Shown here piece after piece: positions 30,794 to 34,003 of a stretch of 34,003 nucleotides of DNA; within the stretch, counting starts at the first letter, position 1; each line of letters begins with the position of its first letter. Both the position numbers and the translations under genes were made by a program. This stretch comes from an uncultured Candidatus Peribacteria bacterium (GTDB taxonomy: Bacteria; Patescibacteriota; Gracilibacteria; Peribacterales; Peribacteraceae): the NCBI GenBank assembly GCA_964636635.1, contig CAZWVP010000001.1, forward strand, positions 1-34,003, read 5' to 3'. Below the pieces are notes generated by a model, which was not told the DNA's origin, did not search any database, and was given only the letters and a program-made list of their open reading frames with translations.

Positions 30794-30874
30794 GCTTACA
30801 CTGGGGTAATGGCCTCCAGTATGGACGATTTCGAGAACTTTTGCACCGTGTTTGTTCTGTCAAGCGGACTTGGC

Positions 30875-30904
30875 TTGTCGCCCCGCGAACGGTCGAGGTA
30901 GGGT
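30875..30904 (+). promoter_or_regulatory. Candidate promoter TTGTCG-18-TAGGGT, with ATG 10 nt downstream
   Basis: TTGTCG at 30875-30880, TAGGGT at 30899-30904, ATG at 30915. Confidence 0.35.
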
Positions 30905-30914
30905 ACTTCGCTTT

Positions 30915-31049
30915 ATGCAATCCAACCAACCGCAACGCTCCGCTTCGCGCCGTCTCCGTACGGTGCGCCGCATCAGTCTGCTGCACGTGAACATGACGGT
31001 CGTCCTGCTCTTTACGCTCTTCATCATCGGAGCGGCTCAGTCTTTCTAA
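30915..31049 (+). CDS. Possible 44-aa membrane peptide (MQSNQPQRSASRRLRTVRRISLLHVNMTVVLLFTLFIIGAAQSF)
   Basis: Internal ATG of the 65-aa ORF. Basic N-terminus plus one TM. Ends 4 nt before csaA. Candidate promoter upstream. Confidence 0.3.
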   Translation: MQSNQPQRSASRRLRTVRRISLLHVNMTVVLLFTLFIIGAAQSF

Positions 31050-31053
31050 AAGC

Positions 31054-31386
31054 ATGGCAACCTTCGAAGATTTCGACAGGCTCGACATGAGAGTCGGCAT
31101 CATTGTCGATGTCCGTCCCTTTCCCGAAGCCCGCAAGCCCGCCTACAAGCTGCGCATCGACTTCGGTCCTGAGATCGGCGTAAAGAATTCTTCGGCACAA
31201 ATCACCGTGCTGTATACGCCGGAAAGCCTTATGGGCAAGCGCGTGGTGGCCGTGACGAACTTCGCTCCCAAGCAAATCGGTCCGTTTCTCTCCGAAGTGC
31301 TCACGCTCGGCGTTGCCGATGCCAGCGGAGACGTGGTGCTGCTGCAACCCGAGCGCGAGGCGCCTCTCGGCTCTCGCGTGTATTAG
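31054..31386 (+). CDS. csaA: tRNA-binding protein (CsaA/YgjH, EMAP-type OB fold)
   Basis: FDRLDMRVGIIVDVRPFPEARKPAYKLRIDFG...VTNFAPKQIGPFLSEVLTLG is typical of this family. Confidence 0.88.
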   Translation: MATFEDFDRLDMRVGIIVDVRPFPEARKPAYKLRIDFGPEIGVKNSSAQITVLYTPESLMGKRVVAVTNFAPKQIGPFLSEVLTLGVADASGDVVLLQPEREAPLGSRVY

Positions 31387-32159
31387 TCTTTCTGCAGCAC
31401 GAGCATCACCTTTTTGCCGTTGCTCGTTTCTTCTTTCACGCCCGTCCAGTCGTGAATGGCGCCGAGCAAGACGTCTTTGTCGTAACGGTAGCCCGCGCCT
31501 CTTTTGGTGCCGGGGTCGTTCGTAATGAATGAGCTGCCGTCGTAGCCGGTGATGACGAGCATGTGGTACCACGGGCCCTCACCGCTGAAATAGGGGTTGC
31601 CCAGCTCGCGGCCTGCAGCAGGCACAATGACGGGATGTCCTTCGTCGAGCAGTTGTTCAATGCGGTCGACCGTCACATTGTTCTCCACGATGGCACGGTG
31701 GCCGTAGAAATTTCGCGCAATGGTCGCGAGTTGTTCGATGGTCACGTCCTGGGCGTAGCCGTTTTGCTCTTCATAGCGGATGACCGCGAGCAAGTCTGCA
31801 TCGGCTTTTTCGGCGCTGAGTGACGACGTGCCGAGCAGGAAGTGGTGTGCCATGACTAACGAAGCTTCTTCGCAGGCTTCTTGGTACGGGTCTTCCCAGT
31901 TCGCAAACGGCGCTTGCACCATGAACGGCACGGACAGCGGGTTCGTAACATTGGCTGAAGGCCGTTGGATCACGGCGGTGCTCGAAGACGATGACGAGCT
32001 ACGAGCGGTCTGCGCGGACATCGTCGAAGACGCGGCGGTGGAGCGGACCGAAGTTTTGGAGGAAGCGGAAGCAGCCGACGAACTTGAGGTCGAGTTGCCC
32101 GGAGTCGTTTGCACGCAAGCGGCAAGTAGCAAAGCCAAGACCAAAGAAAGAGGTTTCAT
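31383..32159 (-). CDS. Peptidase C39-like (C39_2) lipoprotein with a Ser-rich linker
   Basis: Lipobox LLLAAC. Ser-rich linker. VPFMVQAP...ACEEASLVMA (Cys) and WYHMLVITGYD (His). Start trimmed to ATG 32157-32159. Confidence 0.7.
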   Translation of the reverse strand: MKPLSLVLALLLAACVQTTPGNSTSSSSAASASSKTSVRSTAASSTMSAQTARSSSSSSSTAVIQRPSANVTNPLSVPFMVQAPFANWEDPYQEACEEASLVMAHHFLLGTSSLSAEKADADLLAVIRYEEQNGYAQDVTIEQLATIARNFYGHRAIVENNVTVDRIEQLLDEGHPVIVPAAGRELGNPYFSGEGPWYHMLVITGYDGSSFITNDPGTKRGAGYRYDKDVLLGAIHDWTGVKEETSNGKKVMLVLQKD

Positions 32160-32232
32160 AAGAGGAGAGAGGGGCGAGTGTAGTACAAGACGAACGACCG
32201 TGGTACAGTATGACCACTTTTCTTTTCTCAAT

Positions 32233-33066
32233 ATGAATGCTTTCGTCACCCGCTCCGTATCCGCAGTGTGTTTCGTTTTGCTGCTCCTGCCTCTTTCCGC
32301 TTCGGCACGCCCGGTAGGTGAAGGCGTGTACGAGCGTGCGGAGAAAGTCGTCGCCGCCATGAAGAAGACCGCCGTACATTCCGCCGTCGCTCCCGTTCGT
32401 CGCAGCAGCAGGTTGCGCTTGGCCGTTGAGCGTCAACGCAAGTCCGAGCGCGCCATGCGCCCGGCCGTGACGGTGAAGAAGCGTTTGAACAAAGATGACA
32501 TCGTCACCAAGGAAATGCCCGCCGTCATTTTGCCCGGCGACCACGTACGCGGCGATGCCGCGGCTCCCGTGTCGCTCATCGAGTACGTGGATATTGAATG
32601 TCCGTTCTGCCAGAGGCACCACGCCGTCATGCAGCAGTTGCTCGACGAGTACGCCGGTCGCGTGAATTGGGTCTACCGCCCCTACCCTCTCGAATTTCAC
32701 ACGCATGCGCGCAAGGCGGCTCTCACCGCCGAGTGCGTGGCTGAAGCCGGCGGGAACACCGCTTTTTGGCAGTATTTGGACATGCTTATGACGGGTGCAG
32801 ATCTCTCCACGAATTCCCTGTTGGAAAAGGCGCGTTCGACGGGCGTGGATAAGAAGATCATTCAGAGCTGCGTGGACCGCGAGGTGCACGCCGATGTTCT
32901 GGCGGCGGCACTGAAACAAGTGGAAATCGACGGCGTGAGCGGCACGCCTTCCACGCTCGTCGTACACCATGCTTCCGGCAAACAGCAAATGATGCCGGGT
33001 GCTCTGCCCATCGAATCGCTGCGCACAGCCATCGATGCCTTGCTCGGCACGAGTTCCGCCAAGTAA
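32233..33066 (+). CDS. DsbA-family thiol:disulfide oxidoreductase (secreted)
   Basis: Signal peptide MNAFVTRSVSAVCFVLLLLPLSASA. Active site CPFC. GVSGTPSTLV near the C-terminus. Start trimmed from the 428-aa track ORF. Confidence 0.8.
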   Translation: MNAFVTRSVSAVCFVLLLLPLSASARPVGEGVYERAEKVVAAMKKTAVHSAVAPVRRSSRLRLAVERQRKSERAMRPAVTVKKRLNKDDIVTKEMPAVILPGDHVRGDAAAPVSLIEYVDIECPFCQRHHAVMQQLLDEYAGRVNWVYRPYPLEFHTHARKAALTAECVAEAGGNTAFWQYLDMLMTGADLSTNSLLEKARSTGVDKKIIQSCVDREVHADVLAAALKQVEIDGVSGTPSTLVVHHASGKQQMMPGALPIESLRTAIDALLGTSSAK

Positions 33067-33067
33067 C

Positions 33068-34003
33068 GTGCCCCGCACATCGTCGCTTATCGTCGTCAAA
33101 GTCGGCAGCAACGTGCTCACCGATGAGTCGGGCCATCTGCGTACCGAGGTGATGGGGAAAATCGTCGAGCAAATAGCCGAACTCAAACACCGCGGCTTCG
33201 CGGTGATGCTCGTGACATCCGGCGCCATGGCTGCCGGACGGGGCTTGCTTGGCAAGAAGGCCTCCGGCAAAGACGGCGTGACGGCCAGGCAGCTTCTGGC
33301 GGCGGTGGGGCAAGCGCACCTGCTTGAGCTCTATCGCCAAATTTGCGAGCGTCACGGCATGCTGTGCGCGCAGGTGTTGCTGACGAAAGCCGATGTCCGC
33401 AGTCGCGAGCACTTCGTGAACATGCAACGATGCCTTACCGCTCTTTTGCAAGACAACGTTCTGCCCATCATCAACGAGAACGACGTGGTTTCCGTGCAGG
33501 AACTCATGTTCACGGACAACGACGAACTGGCGGCCATGCTCGCTTCCATGCTTTCGGCCGAGCGTGTGTTCATTCTCACCAGCGTCGACGGAGTGTTCGC
33601 AGGCAAGCCCGGCGACCCGGGCGTGCAGGTGATTCGTGAAGTGGCTCCCGGTTCACAGGAATGGAAGAGTCACATTCACGCTTTCACTTCGCAGTTCGGT
33701 CGCGGCGGCATGCACACGAAGTGCGCCATGGCCGCGCGTTTGGCCGGCATGGGCATAGAAACTTTTATCGTCAACGGCTTGCACGAGAACGTCATCGTGG
33801 ACGCGCTGGACGGCAAGCGAACGGGCACGCGATTCGCGCCGAGCAAACGGGTTTCCGGGAAAAAGCGTTGGCTCGCCACGGCCGGCGGCTTGGAAAAAGG
33901 TCGCGTCATCATCAATGCGTGCGCGGTGGAGGTGTTGCGCAGCGCGGTACCTACGAGCTTGCTTCCCGTGGGTGTGGTGCGCGTGGAGGGGGAATTTTCG
34001 GCG
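33068..34003 (+). CDS. proB: Glutamate 5-kinase, 3'-truncated by the window edge
   Basis: Not in the ORF track (no stop in the window). GTG start. Manual translation gives VPRTSSLIVVKVGSNVLTDE...VTSGAMAAGR...NENDVVSVQELMFTDNDELAA...LTSVDGV...GRGGMHTKCAMAA..., then the start of a PUA domain (GRVIINACAVEVL...SLLPVGV). Confidence 0.88.
   Translation, partial: MPRTSSLIVVKVGSNVLTDESGHLRTEVMGKIVEQIAELKHRGFAVMLVTSGAMAAGRGLLGKKASGKDGVTARQLLAAVGQAHLLELYRQICERHGMLCAQVLLTKADVRSREHFVNMQRCLTALLQDNVLPIINENDVVSVQELMFTDNDELAAMLASMLSAERVFILTSVDGVFAGKPGDPGVQVIREVAPGSQEWKSHIHAFTSQFGRGGMHTKCAMAARLAGMGIETFIVNGLHENVIVDALDGKRTGTRFAPSKRVSGKKRWLATAGGLEKGRVIINACAVEVLRSAVPTSLLPVGVVRVEGEFSA

Noticed and set aside
31780-32360. 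Long overlapping N-terminal extensions of the DsbA ORF (428 aa) and the C39-like peptidase ORF (325 aa)
   Set aside because: The two extensions overlap each other on opposite strands. Internal ATGs (32233 and 32159) give canonical signal or lipoprotein peptides and leave a normal 73-bp divergent spacer.
1-34003. CRISPR arrays, transposases or integrases, prophage blocks, rRNA genes, and stop-codon reassignment
   Set aside because: No regularly spaced direct repeats and no recombinase-like ORFs were seen. TGA, TAA and TAG all terminate well-supported genes at positions consistent with family lengths (for example TGA for the PKD and MurE-like genes), so there is no sign of a recoded genetic code.

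Overview
Gene-dense, high-GC (by eye, not computed) bacterial chromosomal segment, roughly 90% coding. It carries three tRNA genes with encoded CCA: Leu-CAG, Pro-CGG and Ser-UGA. I saw no rRNA, CRISPR array, transposase or integrase.

Recognisable housekeeping genes: msrB, a VOC/glyoxalase protein, tsaD, lgt, rnhB, a MurE-like Mur ligase, a stand-alone riboflavin kinase, transketolase, a CsaA-type tRNA-binding protein, a DsbA-like oxidoreductase, proB (5' part) and the queuosine-precursor transporter yhhQ.

Envelope and surface genes are numerous:
- a polysaccharide deacetylase, a GT8 glycosyltransferase and an O-antigen-ligase-like membrane protein;
- a LemA-TPM pair;
- a co-oriented cluster of a secreted protein, a lipoprotein and a PKD-repeat membrane protein;
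- a sortase;
- an SLH-domain protein followed by a membrane-anchored Gly/Pro-rich protein and two paralogous tail-fibre-like secreted proteins.

Two edge-truncated CDSs are missing from the supplied ORF track and were found by manual translation. One is a minus-strand ORF of at least 726 aa at 1-2180. The other is proB at 33068-34003.

Most unusual items:
1. A translationally coupled operon (1-4751, minus strand) encoding an atypical 856-aa SF2 helicase and a giant protein that looks like a tandem array of HTH-like modules. I do not recognise it as any named system.
2. The surface-fibre locus at 23.2-28.3 kb.
3. A window-wide promoter architecture in which good sigma70-type -10 boxes sit 6-10 nt from start codons and no Shine-Dalgarno is visible, implying leaderless mRNAs.
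4. Short tandem repeats, one set telomere-like, embedded in one promoter region.

Many long ORFs in the track are antisense shadows of real genes in GC-rich DNA and were rejected. The taxon cannot be determined. The gene content is reminiscent of reduced-genome CPR/Patescibacteria-type MAGs, but that is only an inference.
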